A DNA stretch of 64,000 bases from Cycas panzhihuaensis (lineage: Eukaryota > Plantae > Cycadophyta): assembly GCA_023213395.1 (NCBI GenBank), contig CM041465.1, positions 141,057,741 through 141,121,740 of the forward strand, given 5' to 3'. Each line of letters opens with the position of its first letter. Position 1 is the stretch's first letter. Under the pieces are notes generated by a model. It was not told the DNA's origin, ran no database searches, and was given only the letters and a program-made list of their open reading frames with translations. The position numbers were made by a program, and so were the translations under genes. Shown in pieces: positions 1 to 13,570 of the stretch.

Positions 1-1766
1 CATTAACATTCTCTATAGTTGAACACTAGTCCTTCCATTATTGTTAATGGGATGTAGTGATCATTATTCCCTTATGGGCATGTGATTTTTCTCAACTATG
101 GGTGGATTATTTTCATGGCTTATGGTTGTCTCTAGTGCTACATTCCTCTTCATTTTAGTTGTGAGCTAAAAAATAGATCTTCATGATTGTGCCTATTTTA
201 TTTATTATGGTACTATTTCATTCTCCTCTTTCATGGTTAGACTCCATAGGTGCATCCTCTAGATTTATTAGTCTTTCCATGACTGGTCAAGTGTTTCTTC
301 TTCCTATTATGTGGATGGCTAAACTCTACAGTCTATACCATGGTAGGTGCCTCTAACTTTCACAAAGATTCCAATAAGTAAACACAAGTAGCTAACCTTT
401 TTCTGAGTGATATTCCTTATCCTATACATGGCTTCTTCCCATGTAGAGAGTCTTCTACATCCTCCTCTATAGGTAGTTAACATAAGGTAGCTCATGTAGG
501 GGGCAGTATCCTTCTACACATGTTGGCAAATTTTTCTTTCATTCATAGTATCCATTCTTTAGTGCCTTCTCTATATAGATTATCTCCATGAGAACCTTCT
601 CTTGGGTAAGAACTCCATTGGAATATGTTTGTTGTTTCATACATCTAGTGTCTTTATAGTAACATGATATTAGTGTTTCTTCCCCAATTACTGAGGGCAT
701 GTGATGTAAGTATGTGACTGATAAATCTATGTAACTTGAGTTGTAAGATGTGGTTGTATCTATGGCCTCTTTATGGCCAACTTCTTTATGCATGAGCATT
801 TGGCTACATATTTCCATGTGTAAGGATCCATGCATAAATTTAGGATTTATCTCTATTTGGATTTGCATGATTATGGAATTCATTTGTTTATCATAGAAAG
901 TCTTTTTCTCAATATTGTGTTGTGACAAAGACTAAAGCTCTTATATTGAATTCATCATAAATATTATCATAATTAACCCTTGATAAAATTAATTTTTTAT
1001 ACCACCATTAAATATTAATATATGTAATATTATCCACATTGAATAAAGTACAATAATTTGTAACATGCCTTTAATTTATATCCTTAATAATTTTATCAAC
1101 ATTTTGTGCCACCATAAAATCATCAACTTTTTATAAAAGAATGCATATAATTAAATATTAGTTGTCACATACCTTTATTTGTCTTCATCTATCTTATATG
1201 TGGTTGGATCGCTGGTATATTCAAACTTCTAGCTTATTAAATACATGTCATATTTAACTTCCATATTGGCTCTGTCATTGACTTATACTAGCTCCATAGG
1301 CTTCTTCTCACTGCACAATTTCTTTTAACCATGGCTCTGATACCATGTTAAACTTTATAATTATGCTCTGGTACCATAAGTAAAATGTAGAATAACATGA
1401 TGTCAGTATAATAGTAGAATTAACTTATGATATATGTACAAAAGTAAAGTAACAAATAGATAAAGTGAAGTATTAAATATGTATCAACCATTCAAGAGCA
1501 TTCATAAGCATCCAATAAGCATAAACATAAGAGAGATACCAAGATTTAGATATGGAAAACTGAGTGTAGGAAAAACCATAGGAGAACGTGAAGTTTGGAC
1601 TCCTCTTATGATCGTAATGATTACATCTCCATGTCTTCAATATTTCTCAAGTTTTTAAGTGGTATGTGTACATATTTATAATATGATTCATCTCATAAGT
1701 AGCCGATGACATGTCTTAATCATTTTCATCATCCAATAGAATAATTATATGGATATGTGTGTATCT

Positions 1767-1799
<33 letters not shown>

Positions 1800-1871
1800 T
1801 AATGATGGGATGTGTATGTGTACATCATATACATTAAACATTATATATGTGATTAATCACATATTTTAACA
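1..1871 (-). mobile_element. Decayed LTR retrotransposon, 5' part (LTR ~1377-1871, doubled tRNA-iMet PBS, decayed internal region), inserted into the copia at 1872
   Basis: Reverse-complement PBS gctctgatacca at 1334-1345 and gctctggtacca at 1365-1376. The LTR ends ...ttttaaca at 1871, and 1530-1740 is homologous to the LTR at 15485-15700. Host copia integrase sequence resumes at 1872. Confidence 0.7.
1775..1798. repeat. (TG)n microsatellite inside LTR
   Basis: Direct reading. Confidence 0.9.
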
Positions 1872-4800
1872 CCATTTTTAAGAAAATTAGTTTGGAAAAC
1901 CTAAGAGAAACTCATATTAGTTTACTTTAATATTTGTGGACTAATATCAATCATATTACTTGGTGGCATGAGGTATTTTGTCACTTTTATTAATAATTTT
2001 TCACAAAAGAAATGGAATTTTCTACTAAGGGAAAATTCACAAGCCTTCACATATTTTAAACAATTTAAAGTGTTGGCAAAAAATTAAAGTAGATACAAAA
2101 TCAAGATCATACAAGCTAATAATGGTAGCAAGTATACCTTGAATAAATCCAATTAGTTCTATAAGGAGCACATAATCAATAGGTAGCGTTCTACTTCTGA
2201 TATGCCTTAGTATAATGGATTTGTTAAGCATATGAATAAAACATTAGTTGAAAAAGCTAAATCTATATTGAAATACAAGGATATATTAGATATTTTATAA
2301 GCTAAAGCTATGAACATAGTTTTATATTTGATAAACAAAAGTACCATGATAGTTGTTAGGAACAAAACACCTAGCGAGTCTTAGTCAAATAAGAAGGTTA
2401 TTTTTCATTTGAGAGCTTTTAGCTATACATCATACATGTATACCCAAAAGGAGAAATGATAAATTTGTGATAATAAAAGTAGAGAGTGCATCCTTGTGGG
2501 ATACTCTAAAAGAAGTAAAACTTACAAAATTTATGAGTTGTTAACTAGGAAGGTTGAAGCATGTTTATAATAGAAATAATAGCATATTTAATAACTAATT
2601 TATTTTACAAATTAATGGCTTAAAAATATAGATAAATAATTCATTAATTAAATAGAAATAGAAATCTAAAATGAAATAAACCAAATAAAAACTAAGATGG
2701 AAAGTTGAATATGGTAGATTTTCCCCAAATATTGAAGTGCCAAAATAAGATATTAATCAATTATACCAAAAGAATAAGAATATATTATAAGGTAAGGCTT
2801 CCCATATTTATAGGTTTCAAAATGACCATCCTTTAAAAGTTGACTTTAGAATAATAATAAAAATACCAACTGTATCATTAGTCTTAGTATTACTACAATG
2901 CATTCTTCTTTCAAAAAATGCCTTGCCCTTGAAGTATTATTATTTGCATTTATAGATCTAAGGTATGCACTTCTTGTGTAGTGTTGCCTATACTTCTTTA
3001 ATCCACCACCTATTAAGGTTAGATTAATATAATTATCAGGTTCATCTTTATATCATCTTTCTAAAGTAGCCTATATGTATTCTATTTATCATGGTTTCTT
3101 GTTTAAGATAGCTTTTATATTGGACTCTACACTTGAAAAATCTTAGGACCTTTGTATTCCATCTTTAACTTGCTTGAAGTCTTGCCTTCCATTTGTACAT
3201 CGTATCCATTTATAGTTATCCTTGAAGAGAAAATAAGAAAATGAAATAGATTGATAGGAATTATAGAAGTGATATTAGGGAAGTTAATATGTGAAATTCT
3301 AAGAATAAGGTGTTAGAAAGTAAAAGTAGGAGGTAAGTTTGACTAGGAATTGATCTATGATTTATTAGACTATGAGTGATATAGAAGAATTATATGAAGG
3401 TGGTGATAGATATGATCTATCCAATAACATAGATAAACACATTCATCATAAAATATGTAAGAGGTAGTTGGGAAAAGTTAGTAAATAAGGGATTAAAGGA
3501 ATGACGAAGTTTTTATATGGATACATATTAAGAAGAATAGATGGCATAAAGTGTATTAATAAGTTGTATTAGGGAGAAGGCTAGGAGGTAGCATATATGT
3601 GGATCTAATTAAGGAATGCAATATATGGATGATAGGTTAGATCAAAGATAGACAAAAGGAATTTACATATAATCAGGATGATATTATATAGAATAAAAGG
3701 TAAATATATTTATATCTATTAGTAAACTTAGGGTTTGAGAGGGTTAAAATGAATGAGTAGGGGATAAGAGCTAAACATTATTTATAGGAAAGAGGTTTTG
3801 GCAAGGATATATGAAGGTGATTTGTAGAGTAATACAAAGGGATAAGGGGGAAATAAACAAAGAGGTAAGAAGGTTAGTGATAAAGTGAGTTAGGATGTAG
3901 ATGTAAAAGAGTCAATGTGTTATATAGGGGGGATGCATAATGATAGCACTAGGGTTAAACATTTTTTAAATAGGAGTGGAAGATAAGAAATATAGAAATG
4001 TTGATAAAAGAGATTCCATAGGAAATGAGACATGAAGATGTATCTCAAGTGGAACAAGAATTGCACCTATTAGGAGTTGGGCATTTAAGAATTTAGGTTT
4101 TAGTTCAGTTATAGAATCTTGGTGTATAATGAGTGAGGAAATTCTTAAGGTTATAGAATTTTAAAAGTTAAGATGAATAAGAAAGCTTCTAAAAGAAATG
4201 GGAAAGTTCAAGATAAGATCTAAATTTAAAGTAAGTACCTCTTTAGAGATGTCATGTATTTGGGATTCTTCCTTAAGATCCTCATGGGTGGGTATTCCTT
4301 CACTTGATTCATGGATGTCACTTACTTCTTTATCATATTATTCATTGATGAGCTTCTCATTGGATTATTCTTTAATTTGTTTAGTTAATTATTTTATTTC
4401 TATTATCCAATCCCTTCTCTCCTCCTGAAGAGCTTCCAATCTGACTATTACTTCCTGAATTTCATTTTGTACTCTTAATAAGGCTTACAATTAACCTCTT
4501 CTTTTGTCTTCTTCTTAATAATATTCATGAATTTAATAAAGGCTTCATTAGTATAGTTATTCCAGTGTTTATCCTCCCACTTCTTAACCCTTTCATGAAA
4601 ATCGATTAAAAAATGTCGTGAACAGAGTTAGTAAAGTGCCACCCAATCAACCTAATGATAAAGTGCATTAATTTCCTATTCAATATAACATAATAATTAG
4701 AAAAAAAAAACTTTTTTTTTAAACTTGGGGTGAGATTTTGAGGCTCATTTTAATCTTACCCAACCATTCTATGGGTTGCCCTCCTCCATCTTTGGCAAAA

Positions 4801-7800
4801 ATAAGAATATTAATAAGATCTTCCATAATTCTCTTATAGGATTCCATCATTAAACAACAAATTAAAAAAAAATACCACATTAAATCAACTATAAAATGAA
4901 TAAAATCATAGCCCAAAACAATGGTGTTTAAGATATAATTCCAATGGTTTAAATGGAATCAAATTTAAATACTTATAGTAAAAGTTATAACGAAAAGCAC
5001 ATAAGTACCTCCTTTGGAAAACCAAGTTGAAAATAATAAATGTTAGGGCTTCTTAGACCTTCATGGCTCTAGCCCTTAATCACCTATAGACTTCTATATA
5101 ACCACTTGTTGGTAGCTAAGGGGCTAATAGACTTTGTGAAAAATAATCCAATACAACTTAATATAAATCAAAAGCTTTTGCAAACAGACTTAATATCCTT
5201 AATTAACTTGTTATATAGTGTATTTATTTACATCATATGTCTCTAATATCTTATGAATATTATGTTTCTGTCATCTATATTAGACATTTTATAGGTTTTA
5301 TATTTATTAGCCTGCTTGGTTTTGTGTTCACAAATTATGTATTTATTAACCTCCTTGGTTTTGTATTTAGTCATGGGAATAACTAGTATGGTCTATTGAT
5401 ATGTGATAAGATAACCACTAATAACATGATCACTTCTCCTCTTCCTCAATGGCTTGCCATGCTAGTAAGCTTGGACTATCACTTAGTAATACTATATTAT
5501 TATTTGCTTTAGTGTTAACCCTCTTACCTTTACACTTTTACATTTCCCACTCAAACTATGAATGGTTAAATTCCTCAACTATTATTGCTTGATTATCAAC
5601 CCTTTTACTTACTCTATTAAGATCAATCATTAATGTGATTTCCCAATGCCTCTTTTGCTTTATGGATCACCCTCTATTTCCTTTATAATTAGTTCTATGA
5701 GTTTATTTTAATGACCCCATGTTTTAATGCTCATGAGTTTTTAATGATCTCGCTCAAACTTAGATTATAACCTTCTTTAATAATCTCACATGATCTTTAA
5801 AAATAATTTAGCACTTTGTCCTAGGACCCAAATTTTATGGCAATCCCTATAGATTTTTTCATAGTTACAGATTCAAGGTGTTACATGCTCATATATTCTT
5901 GAAGTTAAGTCTATCCACTATAAATCATAAAATTTAAACAATGTGATAATTCATTGACATCTCTAAGAGCTAAATAAGATGAATCAAAGTTACTAGGATT
6001 AATACGAGCTTTGATACTAGTTAAAACATGATTGTAATAGAAATAATAAGATATTCAACATATAATTTATTCAAGAATACCTCTAAAAGTTAGATAAATA
6101 ATTCATTAATTAAACAAAAATTAAAAATTAAAATGAAATGAGCTAGAAGAAAACTAAAATAAAATGTTACATATAGCAAATTTAACCTAGGCACCAAAAT
6201 AACAAAATAGGATATTAGTCCATTATATCAAAAGAATATACATACATAGTAAGGTAGGGTTTCCCCTATTTATAAGTGTTTAAATAGACTTCCTTTTAAA
6301 ATTAGTTCAATAATAATAATAATCAACTTCATACTACTAATAATTATTAAAAATATTAATTTCATTAATTATTTAAAATAACAACTTCATTATTAGTCCT
6401 AGGATTACTATAAAGGTTCACATAACTTATGATGTAATATTTAGTGAAGATGATAGTATAGATGATGGTTCAATTGATGTTTAAGGATAGATTAAGGAGC
6501 TTCCTAAATATAGTGCTTCAAATGATATTAATCAACCTAAATATGAATAGTTTGACATTAATAAAGTTGCAAAATTGAAATCCTTTTAGTTATGAGAATC
6601 TACATCCAATAAAAGTCCAAAGACAAAATCAAATTCAAAGCCTAAGAAATTGTTGTTACTTTTTCCTTCATCTTTGAAGAAAAAACTTCCTAAATGGTAT
6701 TTAAAAAATATGGAGGATTTTAAAGCTTATTTCTTAAATTAGAGGGAAATTGAAAATCTTAAATGCAACTTTTTGATCAAGTGAATATGGTTCTTTGGCA
6801 TGTGTGTTGGATGTTGATGAACTTTCTATGGTTGAATAAGTAACCAATGAGTAAAAGTGGAATGATACTATGGATATTGAAATCTAATCTATTAGGAAGA
6901 ACTACACTTGGGATTTAGTTGAATTCCCTATTAGAAAGCATGTAATCAATTGTAAATAGATCTATAGATAAATTTAAACTAGACTTATAGTGAAAGGCCT
7001 CAAGAAATAAGAAGGAATTAATTACCAAGAAACATTCACTACTGTTGCAAAGATGAATACTATATACCTCATTATGATAATGGCTATATAATTCAATTAG
7101 AGGCTTCATTGGATAGATGTAAAAAATACATTTATAAATAGGGATTTGAGAAGTCTACATGGAGCAACCACTTGGCTTTGTGAAAGAAGGTCAAGAGTTC
7201 TTTCTATACAAACTCAAGAAAGCCTTATACTATATGAAATGGACTCTAAGATCCAAGCATGAAAAGATTGGTTAGTACTTTTCTAACAATAGATTTGATA
7301 GATCTCTAGCTAATGTAAACTTATATATCAAAGTATTAGATGATACAGTTATATTTATGATGTTGTATATTAATAACCTACTAATCATAAGTAATAATAT
7401 TAAAATGATATTAGACTTAAAGGTAAATATTAATCATTTCTTCAAGATGATAGATTTGGGTATTTTATACCACTTCCTTAGAGTGGAAGTATGGAAAAGG
7501 CTTAGATGTATCTTATTCTCACAAGAAAAATACACTTGGAAAATTTTAAAGAAATTTAGAATGGCTGATTATAAGCTTATGCCTACCGTTATAGAGAAAG
7601 GTTCTAAATTGGTAAAGGAAGATGATGGAGAAGATGTTAATCTAATAATTTATAGATAACTACTATGCAGTCTAATATATTTGGTTACTACCAGACATAA
7701 TATTTTATTTATAGCTAAAATAATGTATAGGTTTATAGTAGTGCTAAAATAGAGCCTATATAAATTTGTAAAAATAATCCTTAAATACGTGAAGGGAATA

Positions 7801-8661
7801 ATATAATATGGAATTGAATTCATACATGATAATAACTTTAAGTTAAAAGGATTCATGGATTTTAATTGGGCTAAATATACAAAAAGCAGAAGGTTGACTT
7901 CTAGATATCGTTTTAGTTTAGGATTAACTCTTGTCACTTAGAGTAATAAAAAATAATCAAATATTACTTTGTCCTTAATTAAAGTAAAGTATAAGGCTAT
8001 AGTTATGGCTACTATTGAGGCCATTTGGTTACGATAAATTATAAAATACACGGAACCATACCAATTAGAGCTAAGCATATTGTAATACAATAATTAGAGT
8101 ATATTAAAGATTCTAAAGAATCCCATGTTCCATACTTACACCAAATATATTGAAGTGCATCATCACTTTATTCATGATCGAATTTAGAACAAAGTGATTG
8201 AGATAATATACAAGTCAATAGAAGAACATCTGGCTAATATGTTCACCAAGCTACTGGCACATAATAAATTTTATACTTTCAAGGATGGTTTAGGTGTCAC
8301 AAAAAATGTAATAAATAATGAGGAGGAGTGATAAAGATTAATATTTATTAGGATCATAACATGTAATTATGAACCTCCTCCTTTGTTCATGTATTATTAG
8401 TTCACTATTCCAATTCTTTATAATGTGAGAATGGTAAGTCACTAGAGGTTATACCACCTTCCTCATATGTGTGGATCATAATGGAATTAATATTCCTTTC
8501 AGGTTTGTATATATACACTAATTTTTTGTAATGTACAAAAGAAAAATTTTAGTAAGAAGAGATGAAGAGATAAATTTTCAAGTTTAGTGAAATAAATTTT
8601 TTCTAAGTTTGTATGGGTCTATTCTCTTCATATTTCTTAATCCTAGTTACTAATTTCTACA
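1872..8661 (+). mobile_element. Decayed Ty1/copia element (INT ~1872-2550, RT ~6780-7800, RNase H ~7840-8310, PPT 8321-8328, 3' LTR ~8329-8661), interrupted at 2555-6412
   Basis: Degraded INT motif (ICG...LGGMRYFVTFI), RT ORF 7357-7659 (LGILYHFLRVEVW...FSQEKY), RNase H motifs (HTKYIEVHHHFI, ANMFTK), and aggaggag followed by TG. Confidence 0.85.
2555..6412 (-). mobile_element. Non-autonomous gypsy-like LTR element (LTRs 2555-2897 and ~6021-6412) with gag remnant and no recognisable pol
   Basis: Homologous LTRs and TSD aaggt (2550-2554, 6413-6417). Degraded PBS at ~6007-6018 and gypsy-type PPT region at 2898-2935. Gag-like remnant ~4560-4920. The host copia reading TRKV|HITYDVIF is restored on removal. 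Confidence 0.8.
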
Positions 8662-8699
8662 TTGTCTAGTGCTCTAATACCTTTTTAAGTATACATATA

Positions 8700-8800
8700 T
8701 ATACATGTATATTCATATACATATACATACATCTAAACATACATATATAGGCATTTAAATGTATGTATGCACACACACACACACATACACATACACACAC

Positions 8801-8890
<90 letters not shown>

Positions 8891-8905
8891 ACATACATAC
8901 ATACA
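8700..8905. repeat. Compound microsatellite (CA)n/(TA)~35/(CATA)n
   Basis: Direct reading; explains the spurious ORFs 8666-8908 and 8767-8976. Confidence 0.95.
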
Positions 8906-9362
8906 CAATATTAATGCTTTATAAGTTGAATCAACTTCATATTATCATGCATAAGGATACATATAAATGTAATTAGTAGTTTTTGGCATAAGTTAAATAA
9001 AATTTATTAAATGTATAATTGTGAAAGACTATGGACACTCTAGCATGATGTCTCTTAGTCTAGGTATTATAGATAAGTCATATATGATGGAATGTATGAT
9101 ATTTTCATATATCTAATATTTAATATAATATTATAGACCCATATAAAATTCCATTTACAAAACTATTTAGAGATGTAATCTACATATATATTCATGTACA
9201 CATCCCATTTTTTTTTTTTGATTAGATAAAATGAATTCAGTGGGTTTGAAAGAGGATCCCACAACCTAGTACATCAAGAAATATGGCGCGACTGAGAAAT
9301 ATGAGTCCGTGACAGCCCCACGGACTAGGCCAGAGAGCTAGGTGCCGGGACAAGCCCCACGG

Positions 9363-12300
9363 CTAGCTGTTGCATATCATGTCCTTCTCAACCAGAACCA
9401 AAAGATCCCTAGGGAAATCCGTCTTCCATATTTGTCCTGTCCTGTGTCTCACTCCCCAATTTGCCAGAAAGTCTGCTGGTTTGTTTCCTTCTCTCCGAGT
9501 ATGCCTAAAACGGACATCTGTCAACCCCTTAATGATTTCCTTGGCATCATTAAATAAGAGTTGGAATCTCCAATCCGGGGTAGCCTCCTCTTTCAGAGTT
9601 TTCACCATGACCTCAAAGTCTCCCTCGATAATCACTCTCTGAGAATTGCCTTCCACCGCAAGGCCAAGAGCTTTGAGCATAGCATGCATCTCTGCGTAGT
9701 GGTTTGTCTGACAGTCATAGAATTCCGTAAAAGCCCATAGGGTAGACCCAAAATGGTCTCTACAAATACCACCCCCCCCCCCCGACGGCCCCGGGATTCC
9801 CCTTTGCTGCACCATCAAAATTTATTTTGATCCATGTCTCCTCAAGAGGTAGCCACTTGATATCTTTATTCTTTTCTGCCACAAAGGTTGGAACTATATC
9901 CCACTTGCTCAGAATCCTATTCTCTGACCTAAGCAGGCGTTTTTCTTTCACTGATCTTACGTTCTCTCTTATATCTGCACAAATTCTGCAAAAAATGGCA
10001 GTCTGGTCCAACCGTTTCGCCTGGAAGATTCTACGATTCCTTTCTTTCCATATGTTCCAGGCTAGGATCGGAAGAGTACTAATCCAGATGCAACTCAGCA
10101 TTCTGCTCCTGAATGGGCTTTTCCAAGCCAGCCAAAGATCCGATATCTTCTCCGAGAATATCCAGCTTACTTCAAATTTTCCCAGTATCATTCTCCATAT
10201 CTCCCTTGTGTAGGAGCATTCCAGAAAGATGTGGTCCATAGACTCCTCCTCCGAGCAACATAAAGTACATCTGTTTGCCAGCATAAAACCTCTTCTTTTC
10301 AGATTATCAGCTGTAAGTATTTTATTTCTTAAACAGGTCCACCAAAATACAATAATCTTGGGAATGATAGGGAGCTTCCAGACCCCTTCGAGGATATGGT
10401 TTCTCTGGTCCCCTCTTGTTTGACACAGATATTGATACCCTTGTTTAACAGAATAGTCACCGGTCGAACTCAGGGGCCACACTATCGAGTCTACCGTAGG
10501 AAATCTAGGAATGTAACATTTGCCGAGCATGCTTTTGATCTTGCTGATGCCTTCTTGCAATCTTTCACCTTGAATTTCCTCCAGGGTCTTCCAAGACCTG
10601 CTTTCTCCGCTTCCTTCCCAGTACCTTCACATGAATTCCATAGATCCTAACACAAGGACCCATTATGGGTTCCAGATCTGGATAGACCTTAAGCGCTTTG
10701 TCACTACACCATGCGTCCTCCCAGAATCTAATGGAGTTCCCATCTCCTAGCCTCCATCTCAGCCCGTTCCTTAAAGCATTCCAAGCTTTCAGAAGACTCT
10801 TCCAGATGGTTGAGCTAACCTGAGAGACATCATTAACAGCCAAAGAACCTCCTTGCACATATTTCCTAATTAGGATCTTCTCCCAGAGCCTCTCACCCCC
10901 TTTGAGCAGACGCCACCCCAACTTAGCCCCTAGAGCTGCATTGAAGAGAGGAAGTCTTCTCAGGTTTAGGCCCCCGGCCCATTTTGGCATGCAAACTTTA
11001 TTCCAGCTGACTAAATGAATTCTATCTCATTTTTGTACCATTAAAGGAACCTCTTCTGAATAGATTCAATGATATCTGAGATACCCATCGGGACTCTAAA
11101 GATGGACATCCGAAGCGGGATGCTTTGCAGCGTGGAGGCTACAAGCTGAAGTTTTCCAGCTTGACTTAAAAGGGCACCTTTCCATCCTGCCATCTTCCTT
11201 TGCAACCTGTCAACAAGGGGGTTCCACATATCCTTGGCCATCTTCCCAACAAATAGAGGAAGGCCAAGGTAGGTAGTGGGAAGTTTTTTGATGCCCATCT
11301 CCAGGCATCTGCTGATCTTGCCTTGAATACGGCCTGGGGTATTTATAAAATATACACTGCTCTTATTCAAGTTTATCTTTTGGTTCGTGGCCTTCTCAAA
11401 ATGGCCCAAAAACTCTTTAAAGTTGATGGCCTCCCGAATTGTAGGTTTCCCAAGGAAGATATTGTCGTCCACGAATTGGTGGTGGGCCACATTGTCCAAT
11501 CCCGATGTCGGTTTTATACCATTTATAACCCCCTGTCTCCTCAAGGACTCCAGGGATCTGCCCAATAACTCCGCCATCGTGATAAACAAAAAAGGAAAGA
11601 GCGGGTCGCCCTACCTCAGCCCCCTAAATCCAGGGAAGAAGCAAGAATACGTGCCATTAATGATAACAGAAAACTGCGGATTTCCAATACATAGATTTAT
11701 CCATGAACGCCACGTCTCTCTGAAGCCAAAAGCCCTTAGGCAATCAAGCAGACAATCCCAGGAGACCCTATCGAAGGCCTTCGTGAGATCGATCCTTATG
11801 AGCATCACAGGCTCCTTCCTCTCGGCTGCAGAGTGAACGGTTTCATGGACAACGATATACCCATCGTATATCTGTCTCCCCTGGAGAAAACCATCTTGGT
11901 TCTGAGAAATGATGTTTGGCATAATTTGCTTTAACCTATTCACCAAAACCTTTGCTAAAATTTTATATTTGACATTACAAAGGCTTATAGGTCGAAAGTC
12001 CTCCATCCTTTTTGCTCCCTCTTTCTTAGGAATAAGGACCAGGAAGGTAGTCTGCCACTCCTGTAAGATTTTCCTGTTTACGTAAAATTCTTGGAGCGCT
12101 TCCATGTAGTCTCCCTTGATAATATCCCAAAATTCTTGGAAGAACCCCGGGGGGAAGCTGTTAGGGCCAGGAGCTTTATCTCTCTTCATACTGAAGAGTG
12201 CCACCTTAACCTCCTCCTGAGAGAAAGGAACTATAATCTGGGTGTTTTGAGCATCATTCACCAAGCAGGGGATGTTATTGAGGAATTCCTTCCTCAAATC

Positions 12301-13546
12301 CATGTCCCCGTCCAACGGCTCCGCAAATAGGTCCTTGAAATAGTCCTTTGGCCGACTCCTTCATATCTTCGTCGAACTAACTTGGTCAGTCATCCCTTTG
12401 AAGCTTGTTGATTACATTGTCGCTCTATGCTTGACAGTAGTCATATGGAAGAATCTGATATTTCTGTCTCCTTCTGCTAACCACAGAGCCCTAGATTTTT
12501 GTCTCCAGTGGATTTCCTCCCTAATGAGGATTTCCTCCAGGGACTCAGTCAGCTCCTTTTCTTCCTTATCCAGCTCTAGAGATCTGCCCAACCGCTCGAT
12601 CTGATCCTCGGTATCTTTCAAGTCTTAGAAAGTCTTCTCCTTTTGGTTATTTATATTTTGAAAAGTTTCCTTGTTCCAGACTTTGACTTTCCTTTTTACC
12701 CAGTCCAACTTCTTGGAAAATCTATACATAGCATGCCCTTCAATATCGATGCTCCACCATTCCTCAATCCTATTTCTAAGATCTGGGTGGCGGAGCCACA
12801 TCAATTCGAATCTGAAAGGGGCCCCGATAAACTTACCCGAATCTGAGAAGTTCATCAAAAGGGGCGAATGATCAGAGCTGATCCTCGGCAAGGCTTCGAG
12901 GGTGAAATCCTTGAAGCATCTCACCCAATCAAAATTGACCGGTATACTGTCGGCTGATTTGAATAAGGTTATTCCCCAGCCTTTTATTGGTCCAGGTGAA
13001 AGAGGCGCCCCTTAGGTTAACATCCTCTAGCCCCCCCAGCTGTAAAAATTCGCTAAAATCACTCATACTAGTAGTCCAGCCCTCAGTGCCCCCTCTCTTG
13101 TCACCAGGACAAAGGGCTGAATTGAAATCGCCCGCCAATAGCCATGGAAGATGGCAGTCCCTGTGGGCTTCAATCAATCTAGCCCAAAGCCTCTTTCTAG
13201 CTTCCTGATGGTTTGGGGCATACACATTAGTGGCAATCCATGTGGTGTTATTGCTTCTACTAGTTAACCGAACCGAAATGAAGGATTCTTCTATAAAAAA
13301 GATTTCACCCAACCATATTGATGGGTTCCACAAAACCATCAGACCCCCCCTACCTTGGGCATAATCCACCTCGATGCCTTCAGCTTGCTTCCAAATTTTG
13401 CTCCTAATCTTAGGTCCATTCTCTTTATTAAGTTTTGTTTCTTGCAGAAATATCAAATCTGGTTGATGTCTTCTTCTCATATCTCTGATGATTCTCTGTT
13501 TTGAAGGGGCATTAAGGCCCCTGATATTCCATGATAGAATTTTCAT
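9363..13546 (-). pseudogene. LINE ORF2 (APE endonuclease, RT, zf-RVT, RNase H) broken by several frameshifts/stops
   Basis: MKILSWNIRGLN, GDFN, SDHSP; KAPGPN, FRPISLCN, DLTKAFDRV, HQFVDD; NRCTLCCSEEESMDHIFLEC; KINFDGA...EGD...REGNKPADFLA. Confidence 0.95.
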
Positions 13547-13570
13547 CGCTTCTTTCTTTATTTCCAAACC

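Noticed and set aside
539-928. 129-aa ORF as a host gene
   Set aside because: Lies just inside an LTR/PBS and is most likely decayed retrotransposon coding sequence; no domain recognised
8666-8976. ORFs with YI/HT repeats (also 47832-48038)
   Set aside because: Translations of (TA)n/(CA)n microsatellites
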